Notes: generated by a model from the sequence alone, not told the origin. DNA of 63,169 nt, filler included, from Octopus bimaculoides (GCF_001194135.2; 4 parts of 4 records of this genome joined end to end with filler, not necessarily neighbours in it), one strand, 5' to 3'; shown: positions 37,961 to 51,611, counted from the first letter of the whole stretch. Made by a program: numbers and translations.

Positions 37961-38196
37961 CATACATACATGCATACATACATACATACATGTATATGGA
38001 TTTACCTGGGATTATACCTAAGGACCTATACCTTCACAGGAGTACGGACCAACCTTCATACCCTCTGGAAAAAGATGAGCTGTGAACTTTATTCTCCTGT
38101 CTGTATTCTTCTATCTACTTTACTCTTTATTCTTCTATTTTATTCCTTATAAACTGTGAATTTTCCTGTCTAGAACTTTTATACATACTCATCTTA

Positions 38197-38270
38197 TCTC
38201 TGATGACGGCATACTCAGTATACGGACATGCTAGCCTATCACTTGGAATATCCCAGAAACAGCTGTAAGA
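38197..38270 (+). ncRNA. Hammerhead-like motif with canonical core and decayed long stem II
   Basis: TCT-CTGATGA-(49 nt, weak pairing)-GAAA-CAGCTG-TA/AGA. Lies in pyrimidine-rich sequence resembling Penelope-like terminal repeats. Confidence 0.45.
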
Positions 38271-38499
38271 CTACAAATTTACCCTAATTAAATTATTCTA
38301 TATGACTTCAGATACTCGCCCTGCCTTGGTCTTTGTTGCTCTTTTCCCCTGATATAATATATACCTGCTAACATGGAAGCTTAATACGGATCCTTAGTTC
38401 CAGCCTCAGCTGTGAACTTCGAACCTAACGGATAACCAATTATAGCGCTTAATCAGCGTACCTATTCGTTTAGATCACCGTGAATTAAACCCCTCATGT

Positions 38500-38556
<57 letters not shown>

Positions 38557-40068
38557 ATATTATATGTGTGTGTATTGGTCTTTTTTATATTTTCAGTTAT
38601 AATAAAAACAATTTTACACTAATCTGATGGGTTACTCTATACTTTTGTAGAGTACAAATTTATTATTCTTAAACAAGAAGGTCATTGACAGTTACTTTGA
38701 AGTTTTGGACAGTTTAAACGACTTGAGCGCAGAGCGTACAGGAACATGTCTAAACACTGTAACGTATTTTCTCTTCACATTCTGTCTAAAAAATTAACAT
38801 GAAAAACGTGCTTAGACTATTTCAGATTTGGTACTGTAGTTTGAAAATTATGAATATAAATATTATTTCGGTTCTCTTGATTACTCGGTAAAATTCAAGG
38901 ACGGACACGGCTTTCCTGTATAAATACAACCAATACAACATACATACATGCATGTGTGTATGTGTGTGTGTGTGTGTGTGTGTGTTGTTGTTGTTGTTGT
39001 TGTTGTTGTTGCTGTTCAAACTAAAGAAAGAGAGGGTGATGTATAGATAGTTTTCTTGAGTAATGATTGTGTGTTTGTCGTGTTGAAAGAAACTGAGGTT
39101 GTCAAGTTTTCATATGAAGACGTTACATTGTAACTATCTGTATGATGGCGTCTATGAAGAGGAGAAGGAAAGTTTATGAGGATTTGTGTCAAATGTGTGA
39201 ATTGTGGAATTGGAAGTAAGATGGGCAGTAAATGTGGAACCTTTCCCTCACAAGAGTACTGTTTTCGAAGAATTGGGTAAGAGGATTCCACAAATTTAGT
39301 AGAATTCTACTAGGCAATTTGAGAATCAGTTGCTTTGGTGATTCTAGTTACGACTATCTATTACCATAAATACAAGCTGGTGGTTTTGAGTGAGTTACTG
39401 TTGTTATTGTTGTTATTATTTAGTACTAGGTTTGCCAGATCGTGTTGATCTATTATGTAAGGCACTTCAATTAATTTTAGCAAGTCAAGCGATCACCTAG
39501 AGATTCTCACCCACCCATTAAGTGTAGTTTGTGTCCACATCTGCACTGCTGCAGTATAAGTATGTCTAAACTTTCACACTTAGAGAACTTCATGTTATGG
39601 ATTTTAGTTGTGCAATAGATGGCTAAGAGGCTAACTGTCTCAGTTGGCTCAGGGCTTAAACATATTTTCTTTCAAAGATAATAAATGTAAATCTTGCAGC
39701 ATGATAAGGCAGTGCTCAAACAATATGATAGGTGTAGAGATGCTGATAATCGTATAAAGTTTAAGTTTAATCGATTACCATCATTTTCCTATTACTGATC
39801 AAAAAATGAAATTACTAATTCGGTAATCAAAATCAAATACTTACGTAGCATTTTTTTTCGCATGCGTTAAGAATAGGATCGAACGTCACACATTCTATTT
39901 TCTCATCTATAAATTTATTCACAAATTGTTTCTAGAATCTATTGACTTCTAACTCATAACACAAACTTATAAGTCAATGGCACACAAATTATTCGGCAAG
40001 GTGTATAATAAATTAAATTAAATTAAACCCCAATGCATGATTGAAACTTAGTTTATCGGTTCGGTATA

Positions 40069-40456
40069 TTGTTGTTGTTGGCACTCCGTCGCTTACGACG
40101 TCGTGGGTTCCAGCTGATCCGATCAACGGAACAGCCTGCTCGTGAAATTAACGTGCAAGTGGCTGAGCACTCCACAGACATGTGTACCCTTAACGTAGTT
40201 CTCGGGGATATTCAGCGTGACACAGCGTGACAAGGCTGACCCTTTGAATTACAGGCACAACAGAAACAGGAAGTAACAGTGAGAGAAAGTTGTGATGAAA
40301 GAGTACAGCAGGGTTCGTCACCATCCCCTGCCGGAGCCTCGTGGAGCTTTAGGTGTTTTCGCTCAATAAACACTCACAACGCCCGGTCTGGGAATCGAAA
40401 CCACGATCCTATGACCGCGAGTCCACTGCCCTAACAACTGGGCCATTGCGCCTTCA
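40069..40456 (-). mobile_element. SINE family B, full length, with TSD
   Basis: Near-identical to 2705-3090. TSD cggttcggtata at 40057-40068 and 40457-40468. Confidence 0.92.
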
Positions 40457-40790
40457 CGGTTCGGTATAGATAAAGCTCAAAAACTCAACTTCAACGGGAT
40501 TAGAACTAAGAACGTGCAAAGGCATAACAAATAGAGCGTAACTGAATACGGCAAGTTATTTATTCAGGCCTTCTTAAAGTTCTTGGCACTCCAGAGACCC
40601 TTGTCAGCATAAGATATTATAAAAGAACCAGATTCGATTTTCCCGATAAAATACAATTAATGCATGTAATTTGCAACACTTGATTCAATCGACTCAACAC
40701 ATTCTCCTCTTAGAATTGGCTTTCTGCCTAGCCAGAAGAAAACTTTATCGTCATTATCATCAGCATTATTATCATTACCATCATCATCAA

Positions 40791-40835
<45 letters not shown>

Positions 40836-41344
40836 CGTTACTACGCTAATATCAATACATTATTAATATCCATTTTTCAGCTATCACATTTCCAAGATTT
40901 TTGATAGATTGATAGATATAATCTATATTCACATGTTTTGTTTTTCCCACTAAACTTTCAAAGATCAGTTAATCCACAGAAGTCATACCAATCTTGCTGC
41001 AGAGTAATTCTGAAAACATTAACGTGTAACGTGAGCTTGCTATTGCTCTATCTAAATTATTTGCTGTACTCGCCTAGTTGTAAATAATCTCTTTCGTTCA
41101 GTTCATTTCCATCTAAGATGCGTACAGACATCGGATTCTCGACTTATGAGCAATAGGTTTAGGGTTAGAGAAAATAATATCTTACGTTTGTATAAGTACA
41201 TATATACTCTCTGGATTATATCAAATGCGCACACACACACACACAAGAACACAAGCACACAAACACACACACACACACACACATAATACATACATATACC
41301 TGCGTATGTACCTATCTACATATGCATGTATGTTTATGTATATA

Positions 41345-41384
<40 letters not shown>

Positions 41385-41403
41385 CATACATGCTTATATA
41401 TAA

Positions 41404-41443
<40 letters not shown>

Positions 41444-42583
41444 TTTTTCTCCTTACCGTTTTTTGTTATATTTCTGCTGCTTTTAAATAAAGCATATTAC
41501 TCTACCTCTGGTATTTGAGTACTCTTTTTTCCACCTTGTTCAGAGCTCGTTCGCCCTTAGAATTGCCAAATAACCGGTAGTATTACGGTATACTTCCAAG
41601 TCTAGATTTAGGCATTCATCGTACGGCAAAATAAAATAAAATTGAATAAATAGAGTCAAGAATGATCACGTTTAGACAGCCATTTAGTGAACACTACATA
41701 CGTTTCGATACAACATAAATCAACATATACACAGGATTTAAATTAAGCAACGGTTTACCTGTATAATGGGATCCAATTGTATCTCCTCAGGTGATATATA
41801 ATTGCACTCTTTGACTGTGATGCTCACACATTGAACTGGCTCTTTTGAATCTAGCAGATGCTGGCTGTTCCAATCCGCTAGCTGACGAGGTGCCCCTGCA
41901 CGCTCGACATGAGTGGCATCGGATACACTGGTTGTCCACTTTGTTTCACATGTTAGTGTGTACATGCGAAGTTAATTTCGCAAATACACTCACACATGCG
42001 CTAATACATATACAATCACTCACACACACACATATACACACAGCTACATCTCTGGGCACCCCCATACATACTTCTACATATACACATATATATATACATA
42101 TATACATACATATATACACACATGCACACCTACACAGAGATACACATACATTTAAGCGCGTACGTGCACACACGCATACACACATACACAGACACACACA
42201 CACAAACACACACGCACAATCATACACATGAGGCCTAACCGTTAGTGTGCTAGACTCAGACTCCAAAGATTGTGTGTTCGATTTTCGTCCCGACCACACG
42301 TTGTGACGTTGAGCAAAGCACCTCATTTTATATTACTATAGTTTAACCATCTAAAATGAATAGCAGGCCCTCTCTCCCTCCAGTTACCCTATCCTGTATG
42401 TTCCTAAAGTTTCACCTGGATTGCTATAAGGTGTATATTTCAATTCACGAGTACATTAACACTCAAAACAACAAATAAAAGCATACTATAGGCTATCAAA
42501 TCATATTCGCTTGTGAGTTACGGCAATAAGATTGTTATATATGTGTTTGTATGCTTGTATGTATTCATACATATAGAAACATA

Positions 42584-43497
42584 CTAGGTGGTATGAAAAA
42601 GTTTCCGTACTAGTTCTGTAGTGCGCCATCAGATGGCAGCACACGGTTGCGTGTGCAGTGAGAGCTAGCAGAGACCTTCATGAAGCAGCGTGCCGAGTGA
42701 CATCGCTGTGTTTACTTTGTAAGTAGTGAAATTTGTGTTTTTTGTGATCACAGGTATGCGATTTTGTTATGGACAGGAAGTTAGAACAAGGAGCCAACAA
42801 GAAATCTGGCGTTAAACTTGGGAAGTCTGTTACAGAAACGTTCAGCATGCTTCAGCAAGCTTCCGGCGACGAGGCAATAGATTATAGGCAATGTTTCGAG
42901 TGGCAGATGCGCTTCAAAGGCGGGAAAACGTCCCTGAAAGACGATGAGCGACCTGGAAGACTTGCCACGAGCGTCACCCCCACCCTCAACCCCGAAAAGT
43001 GGAGAAAATTCATGTATGTGTATGAGGATCGTCGGATGACAATCAACGGCGTTTTGAAGGGTTTTGAGGGAGAACATTCGGCGAAAGTGACCGGACCTGT
43101 GGAGCACGAAGAATTGATTTCTTCTTGACGACAGTGCACCCTGTCACCGAGCTCCTCCTCACTCGTGAGTTTCTCGCCAAAACCAACATGGTATCGCTTC
43201 CGCACCCGCCCTATTCGCCAAACACCTGCGGACTTCCATCTCTTCTTCAAAACGAAAATACAGATCAAAAGTCGCCGTTTGAATACCGTTGTCGAGATCA
43301 AAAGCGAATCACAGAACGTCCTCGTCTTGCTTACAGAAAATTACTTCTAGGCCGGATTCCAAAAGAGGTAGGAACGCTGAAACCGATCTATTGCTGCGTA
43401 AGGTGACTATTTCGAAGGAGATGATATTAAAACTTAGGTAAATAGGTTACTTTTTTATTAAACATAACTAGTCCGGGAACTATTTGATACCACCTCG
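42584..43497 (+). mobile_element. Internally deleted mariner (DD34D-type) element
   Basis: TA flanks. TIRs ctaggtggtatgaaaaagtttccgtactagtt vs cgaggtggtatcaaatagttcccggactagtt. N-terminal HTH segment (VKLGKSVTETFSMLQQ...DDERPGR), then degraded D.SAPCHRA, LPHPPYSP and GDYFEG. The central region is missing. Confidence 0.9.
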
Positions 43498-44163
43498 TAT
43501 GAGGATTTATAGATATATTGACGCAAAACAAAATTTGATGCGAAATTCCAATGTGAGATCAAAGTTGAAGTTCTGAGGAAGAATTCATGCATGTATGTAT
43601 TTATTTAATTACTTATTTAGTAGCCAGTCAAATTGTCCTCAGCACCCATGAGAAAATATCAGCAAAAGAATATTACATATTAATATTTAAAGAAAATAGA
43701 GGGCGGCGGGTAACAGAATCGTTAGCACGCCTGGTGGAATGCTTATCGACATAACCTCCGGAGTTCAAATTCCGCTGAAGCTGACTTTGCATTTCATCCT
43801 TTCGGGGTCGATAAAACAAGTAGTAGTTGTGAACTGGGTGTCGATGTAATCGACTTAACTCCTCCCTCGAAATTACTGGTCGCGTGCCAAAATTTAAAAC
43901 CACTATCCAAGAAGTAAAAAAAAAAAATTAGTTTCCGTCAACTAAATTCACTCACGAGGAATTGGTCATACCGGGGTTATAGTGACAGACAAGGTTCCAT
44001 GCAGCGGGACTGAACCGGAAGGAAAGTGGCTACTAAGTGAACTTCTTAACTACAAGACCACACGCCTTGCTTGTTGTTCAAAGTGGTTTTATAAAAATAT
44101 CAAGAGCACAAATAATACAGTTAAATATTAAAGTTTATAACAAAAATTCATTGACTTAGACCC

Positions 44164-44568
44164 AGGCGTGGCTGTGTAGTAAGAAGCCTGCTTCCCAACC
44201 ACATGGTTCCGGGTTCAGTTCCACTACATGGCACCTTGGGAATGTGTCGTCTACTATAGTCTCGGGCCGACCAAAGCCTTGTGAGTTGATTTGGTTGGCG
44301 GAAACTGAAAGAAGTCTGTCGTATATATATATATATATATATATGAATGTGTTTGTGTCTGTTTGTCCCTCCACAATCGCTTGACGACCGATCTCGATGT
44401 GTTTACGTCCCCGTAATCTAGCGGTTCGGCAAAAGAGACCTATAGAATAAGTACCAGGCTTACAAAGAATAAGGACCAGGGGTCAATTTCTTCGACTAAA
44501 AGGTAGTGCTCCAGCATGACCGGAGTCAAAATGACTGAAACAAGTAAAATAATAAAAGAATAAAAGAA
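44164..44568 (+). mobile_element. SINE family A, full length
   Basis: Head, microsatellite and tail all present. Confidence 0.88.
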
Positions 44569-44691
44569 TTATTAGATTTGCAGTTTGTTTTTGCTTTTTT
44601 GTTTTTCGGAATCATAATTGCCCTTCATGTTTCAAATGCGCATCTTCATATCTCTGTATTTCCTCTCTGTCTCTGTCTCTCCTTCTCTCTC

Positions 44692-44773
<82 letters not shown>

Positions 44774-44809
44774 TCTCTCCCTCTCTTTCTTTCTTTCTCA
44801 ATAAATTTC

Positions 44810-45480
44810 CGCAATTTTGCACTTGTAAACCTTTCTTCGTTGTCCCAAATGCAGAAGTTCTTCACACTACATGTATAATACATTCCTGCACATCTCGATG
44901 TAACGCGAAACCAATTTTCCAATTGATGTTTATGTGTTGTAAATTGAGATGCGTTCCGACAGAGTTTTCGAAATAACAAAAATCAGAGAAACAACACGAA
45001 CAGAGAAAAGAGCAAGAAGCATGATCATTTTTATACATGAAAATAACCATATCGAAATATCTAAATGTACACAGTACAATATGCATACATAAAAAACATT
45101 TGAATGAAAATGTGCTAAGGTATATGAATCGTAATACTGCAATAGGGTACGTTCTTACAACAACTGTATGAGGAGGTGCTATAAGTGTTACTGGGAGAAT
45201 GAGGGTCATTGTCTTCTAACATCTGGTTCATCATTATTCTCATCTGCTTTAGTGGTGAAGAACTTATCCAAAGTTCTTCGATGGTTACGGCATATAAATT
45301 CTTTGTCAAGCTCAGTGTAGGAAAGGAGCTTATTGTAAACTACTTTCATATTTTTTATGGTGCCTTCGAGATTACTGTCGTTATCAGCAGCAACTTGCAA
45401 ATTCTTCCAACCCTCTAGCAATATTCTTTGCAGTCAATTTAAGTGGAGTTGATGGAATTTCCGTCTTGGGTCTTTCTTTT
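44810..45480 (-). mobile_element. Tigger/pogo-like transposase C-terminal relic
   Basis: Minus strand gives PLKLTAKNIARGLEEF and, after a frameshift, KVVYNKLLSYTEL..RRTLDKFFT, resembling the QTTLDSFF end of Tigger-type transposases. Confidence 0.45.
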
Positions 45481-47084
45481 TAAATGAAATATTTTTTATA
45501 ATTTGTTATCAAGAACAAGGCATTATCTCTGAAATTTAATGACATTAACAATAACAAAATTATGTACTTGTTGCATATTTCTACCATGCTGCTTGCAGGT
45601 TGTATAGGCTACGTGTTAGGTCGTCTCTATCTTTGCTTGAAAACTATTTTTTTGAAATTATTTCCTGGACAATTAGTCTCATAACCTTGAGCGTCTATGA
45701 TTACGGGTAGGGGATGTAAAGTTTAGTAAAGAAGTTTAAGTCGCGAAACTGTTGTCAATAAATGTTCTTGTTGATGTTTGAATGGAATATTTACTTCCTC
45801 TGGGCAGCTAACCTCGAAACAGTCCATAATATTTCTTTTCTGTACCAAACAACTATATCAAGTTTTGTTACATTTCTTATGCATGTATTCATGCATTCAT
45901 CTATTTATGTATACATTTATGCATATATGTATGTATGCATTCATGCATATAAACGTGTATGTATTGCAGTATAGTTTCCCATTATTCCTTCTCGCTTGCA
46001 TGCTTTCTTATCTAGGAGACATATGTAAGAATACATATGTATAAACCTGACTTCATTTTTTTTTTATACCTATGTTATTGGCATATAGATTATTATTCCA
46101 GTGGTGATTGGAAGAAACATGAATATGTATATTGATACTAGAATTGCGAACATCTTATTAATTGTCCATACTTTTCTTCTTCTGTACTTTTTCCAGAAAA
46201 CTGACATCAAATTGGCAAGTGCTGTCCCCAACGGAAGAAGTTCTTACATTTATTCCATATTAACACTATCATTTCTGTTGTTTTTCAGTTCACCTCTAGT
46301 CCATATTTTCATGCACCATTAAAATTATCGATCTAATTTTATGTATTTAGCTTCATTAACACCAACTTTGTTTCCAAGAATTTTATTCAAGAGTAATCTG
46401 ATAAGTTTATTAAAGAATTAATTTGTCTCACAACTTACTTTCAATGTCTCAAGATTTTTCTTTTCTCAATAATATTTATTGACGGCTGCTGTTTTTTTAA
46501 AGCATTTTTGTGCATTAAGTTTGGAATTCCTTACTCTTTCAGTGTATAAATGTAGCTTTTGTATACGTTTTAAAATCTTAGTCGAAGGAGAAGTCAGTTC
46601 CCATGACCGGTTAAAGGATCTCTGAGACAGGTGAGAGGAAGAGAGAGAAAGGTACCCTCAGATCGGAGACCTGGCCCGAATGCTTGTAGACACCGCTAAA
46701 GACACACAAGCTGAAAAGTGATGTTATATCAGGTGACAGGTTAAGTCTACCTATCACCCAAGTGTGCCATGGCGGGATTTGAGCTGAGAACACGACCAGC
46801 CGGAACAAGTACGACAATCCATTATTTCAGACGTTCTCACAGTTCCGCTATTTTGTCTACCCCGAAAGGATAAAAGACAAAGTTGACCTCATGGTTAGCG
46901 GCACTTCATCCCTCTTTAACGATCTGAGTTCAAATGCCGCCGGAGTCGACTTTGTTTTTTATCCTTTCAGGATCGATAAAATAAGTGTCAATTGAACGCT
47001 GGGGTTGATGTAATCGACTTACCCTTTACTCGAAATTACTGGCCTCGTGCCCAAATTTAAAACCATTATTATTATTATTATTAT

Positions 47085-47598
47085 TGAGTGAAAGAGCAGC
47101 ATATGCCATTAAAGTGATACTGGGGTACAAATATACGAAGTCCAATATTCCCATCATGACTACCTGTCAAATAAGAGTACACCAGGCACATGCATCATAA
47201 TCATATGTGCGCAACATAGTGATTTCATATCAAGTTAAACAACGCATGATCTTGCAGGTGGGGCGCAGTTAGAATTTTCTTCGGGTCAAGTAGCTCATCT
47301 CACCCAAAAGGTCCCTGAATAAGGGTTGTTTAAGGATGTCGAACGAAACACCCATGTTTAAAGAGATGAATTATTCAAACACATGGCTATGATGTTCTCC
47401 CACTACCTCTGCTCGTGATCAGAGATGCACATGTTGTCAACCACCAAGGGACATACTCAACTTATTATGGCCAAACAACTGACAAGCAAATCTGAGGTAT
47501 TTGCTGTAGCCCATCTTATACACCAATACAAAACATGTACATAACACTTCAAATCAGTTAAGATCAGAAACCATGAGAGCCAGTGCCTGGTTATGCAT
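47085..47598 (-). mobile_element. Unclassified ~520-bp non-coding element (element G), copy 2
   Basis: Three colinear copies in the window. This copy has (AAT)n on both sides. No credible coding region or tRNA head recognised. Confidence 0.8.
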
Positions 47599-47610
47599 TT
47601 ATTATTATTA

Positions 47611-47669
<59 letters not shown>

Positions 47670-47670
<1 letters not shown>

Positions 47671-49765
47671 GTTTGACTTTTGCTTTGTGTTTGTACAAGT
47701 TGACTCCAAGTCTCACCCAGAGACCCCAAGAGACAACAAGTTAGAGGTTTATGTTGGTGTTATGCCTAGGGTGTCATATATTTGGTTTTGCTCCTAGTAT
47801 TTGTTCTAGAGAATGTTTAAGAACACATAAGAGAATTATGAGTTTGTTTTAAAGTTTGAGATTGCATAGTATTTTACATAGGATATGGACAGTTCCCATG
47901 AGCACTAGCTTTTGAATTTCTGCCATTTGGAGGTTTCCTGGTATCAGAGCTAGGTAGCAATCAGCCCCTTTTTCTATCATTCCTAGGGCACCTATGACAA
48001 CAGGTATTGTTGCACCTATGACAACAGGTATTGCTTTAGTCTTGAGGTTCCACATTTTGCTAATTTCTATTTCAAGATCTTTATACTTGCTCAGTTTATG
48101 GTAGGTCTTGACAGATACATCTATGTCGACTGGGACAGTCATATCAATGAGGAGGCATGATTTTTGTCTGAAGTCTTTCAATATAATGTCTGGCCTATTC
48201 GCGTCTATCTTTCTGTTAGTTTGAATGGTGGAGTTCCAAAGGAGTAAGATGTGATCATTTTCAAGCACTAGAGGTGGCTTGTGTTCCCACCAGTTTTTAT
48301 CATGGGGCAGGTTCAGGTTTTTTGTAAATTACCCAGTGAATATATTGTGCAGCTCTATCATACCTGTTGAGATACTCTGTACGCACAAGAAGACTGCACA
48401 TGGAGACAACAGGATCAATGGTTTCATTTTATTGTTGACATACACGAGATGTTGGGTTACTGCCGTTCTTTAATATGTTTGTCTGGTAGTTCCTTGTCGG
48501 TAGGCATTGATCTTGTGTTGCTATGATAAACCCTTCTGTTTCTGATTTTAAGCCAGAAGACACTAACCATTGATGGGTAAGGGCTTTTTCAACATCGGCA
48601 CTATTAGCTCTCTTTGGGAATTTGCCATTGAGAGGTTTTTCTTGCCGTTTATCAGTAATAATATCTAAGGCAGCAGTTTAGCACAGGTTTTCATACGCAT
48701 AGTTTTTTCTGTACTTGTTTCTAGTACGTCAAATTCTGGAATTTTTTGTATTTGGAATTCACTTAGATATCCCTTTACCTGTTTTGTTACTGAGTATGAT
48801 GCTTTCTTGTTTTCATGCTTAACATCCTGTCATCAGAGTTTTTCAGGTAGGTGTCTAAGCCAATTTGTAGCAATCTTCATTGTTAATTCCAATTGTAAAA
48901 GTCCACGGCCACCCTCTTTTCTTGGCAGGTAAAATCGTTCTATATTTGCCTTAGGGTGATGCATTCTATGCATTGTCAACAATTTTCGTATTTTTCTGTC
49001 AAGATTACATATTTCAGTAATTGTCCAGTTAATGATATTGAAACTGTAAGTCACGACCGGTATGGCTACAGTGTTGATCGCTTCGATCTTGTTTCTTGCA
49101 TTCAGCTTTGTCATGAGTATTTCCCTTACCCTACGATAACATTCTCCTTTGATCCTTTCCCTCATCACTGAATGTTTGATTCCGTCCCCTTCAAATACCC
49201 CTATGTATTTGTAGCTCACCGCTGGTTCTAAATCTGTTATGATATTCTGCTGGTCAAGATTAACGTTTGATGTTTCTGTCATTTTTCCTTTGATACAGAT
49301 AGCTTTTGCACATTTATCGAGGCCAAATTGCATCCTGATGCTATCACTGAATTGTTTAAAATCGCTAGTAAACCCTGTAGTTGTTGGTCATTTTTTGCAA
49401 AAGAGCTTTAAATCATCCAGGTAAATGAGTTGATTTATATTTTTATCAAACATTTTATAGCCGTATTGTACATTATCGAGCAATTTCGAGAGAGGCATTA
49501 AGGTTAAACAAAAGAGGAGTGGTGATAGAGAGTCCCCCTTGAAAATGACACATGAAATTCTTGCATCTCCAGCATTGAGAGATTCATTGTCACTGTTCAA
49601 AGTCAGTGTGGTTCTCCGTGATCTCATACGCAAAGTAGGTGCTATTTTATACATTTCCAGACATTTCTTAATCCAGTTATGTGGTAGACTCTCAAAATAT
49701 TTTTTATAGTCTATCCAGGATATCGACAAGTATTTGTGTCGTTTGTGACAATCTTCCAAGATCAG

Positions 49766-49767
<2 letters not shown>
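47670..49767 (-). mobile_element. 5'-truncated R4/Dong-like non-LTR retrotransposon: RT, CCHC, restriction-like endonuclease, 3' UTR
   Basis: WIDYKKYFESLPH, IFKGDSLSPLLFCL, IYLDDLKL, YLPRKEGGRGL, CRVC..ETID, RHDRAAQYIHW, ANRPDII..LLID, KLSKYKDLEIEI. Several frameshifts. The 3' UTR ends in (AAT)n. Confidence 0.88.
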
Positions 49768-49808
<41 letters not shown>

Positions 49809-49818
49809 NNNNNNNNNN

Positions 49819-49855
<37 letters not shown>

Positions 49856-49857
49856 CA

Positions 49858-50290
49858 TATACACACAATAGAGTAGACTTTTGGAAAAGAAAAAAATCCT
49901 AACATCGGGCTAAAAGTAACCTTAGATGCCAAGAACCCTCCTAAGTATCCTAGCTGTCCCTAATAACACTGTTTTCTGGAGCTGTACTAAACTGGCTTTT
50001 ATACCTATTTCCTCTATCCAGCTGTTCAAATCCTTAGGGATAGTTCCCAATGCACCTATAAGTACAGGGATACATTTTCCCCGCACATTCTATAGTCTCT
50101 GTAATTTAGTGGCTAGTTCCTGGTACTTTGCTATTTTTCTATACCTCTCATATTGATTTTTTCATCATTTGGGACTGTAAAGTCAATTACCTGGCATTTT
50201 CTTTTCTTTTTATCTACTACTACGGTTGGTACAAAGTAGATCTCGTACTGTATACATTGGTAGGCCATTGAAACAAACACACCAGATTGT
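49858..50290 (-). mobile_element. R4/Dong-like 3' fragment, second subfamily
   Basis: KIAKYQELA...CIPVLIGALGTIPK...LQKTVLLGTARILRRVLGI*, then a distinct 3' UTR and (AAT)n. Confidence 0.8.
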
Positions 50291-50409
50291 TCATTTACAG
50301 AGTCATGTGGCAGAGAAAAGGGGGGAGACAGAGAGTAAAAGGAAAAAATAAAAAATAGAAAAGTAAACAAATAAAATAAAGGGAGAAAAAGGAAAGAAAA
50401 TTCACAGCG

Positions 50410-50878
50410 ACAATGCTCTTCTCAATACGTATGACGTACCAGTTAAGACAATCTTTTGCACGGATGGTAAGCCAGGGATCATTCTTTAATAATTTTCAGT
50501 TCCTTTTTTGATCATTCCAAGTGCCCCTATAATTACTGGTATTGAGATACCACATCTTTTCGATTTCGATTAGTAAATCTTTATATTTTCTGAGCTTATC
50601 AAATTCTTTCGCTGAGATATTATAGTCACAGGGTATGCTCAAGTCAACCAATAAATGAACTTTATTGCTTTTGTCTTTCACAACAATATCTGGTTTATTT
50701 GCTTTGATGGTCCGGTCTGTACATACTGGGATGTCCCAAAGAATAGTTACATTTTCTACCTCAATTACAGCCTCAGGGTGGTGCTTGTACCATTTGTCAG
50801 AAGTTTTGATTTTATAATGCCGACACATTATCCAATTTAGATACTGGCCAACTCTGTCATGTCTTGATTTGTACTCTA
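50410..50878 (-). mobile_element. R4/Dong-like 3' fragment, third subfamily
   Basis: YKSRHDRVGQY.NW..CRHY..KWYKHHPE..ILWDIP..TDRTIKANKPDIVVKD..LLVDLSIPCD..KYKDLLIEIEKMW. Confidence 0.85.
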
Positions 50879-50888
50879 TTAATATTAT

Positions 50889-51448
50889 TGAGTGAGAGAG
50901 CAGTGCATCCCATCAAAGTGACACTAGGGTACAAATATATGGAGCCTATTATACCCATCATGACTACCCGTCTGATAAGGGTACACCAGGCACATGCATC
51001 ACAACCATATGTGCGCGACATGGTGATCTCACATCAAGTTAAATAGCGCATGATCTTGCAGGTGGGGCCCAGTTAGAATTTTCGTCAAGTCGAGTAGCCT
51101 ATCCCATTCAAAAGTTTCCTGAATAAGGGTTATTTAAGTATGTTGAACGAAACACCCATGTTTCCAAAGGTGAATTATCCAAATCCCAAAAAATCCCTTT
51201 CAACATATGGCTATGATGCTCCCCAACTATTTCTGTTTGTGATCAAAGATGCACATGTCGTCAACCACTAAGGAACATGCTCAACTGGTTAAGGACTAAT
51301 AACTGACAATCAAATCTCTGGTATTGAGCAGAATATTCGCTGTAGCCCATCTTTTATACCAAGACAAAACAATGTACATGATAACACTTCCAATCAGTTA
51401 AGATCAGAAACCATGAGAACCACTGCCTGATACTGCATCAGGAATTTA
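50889..51448 (-). mobile_element. Element G, copy 3
   Basis: Colinear with copy 2. Bounded by (AAT/GAT)n and AATAATATTAAT. Confidence 0.8.
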
Positions 51449-51463
51449 TCATCATCATCATCA

Positions 51464-51509
<46 letters not shown>

Positions 51510-51611
51510 TATTATTATTAATTCAATAATTAATGATATATTATTCATAATATTACAGTAGTCCTGTTGTTATTACTTCATAATTTGAACAAAGCTCCTT
51601 TTTATTGTGTA

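Noticed and set aside
41865-41925. CTGACGA with GTGC/GCAC stem, hammerhead-like
   Set aside because: GACA instead of GAAA, extra bases before it, and stem I needs a 5-nt bulge. The surrounding GC-rich patch also gave no recognisable exon.
48800-48840. CTGATGA...GAAA on the minus strand
   Set aside because: Inside LINE coding sequence, with no proper stems I or III.
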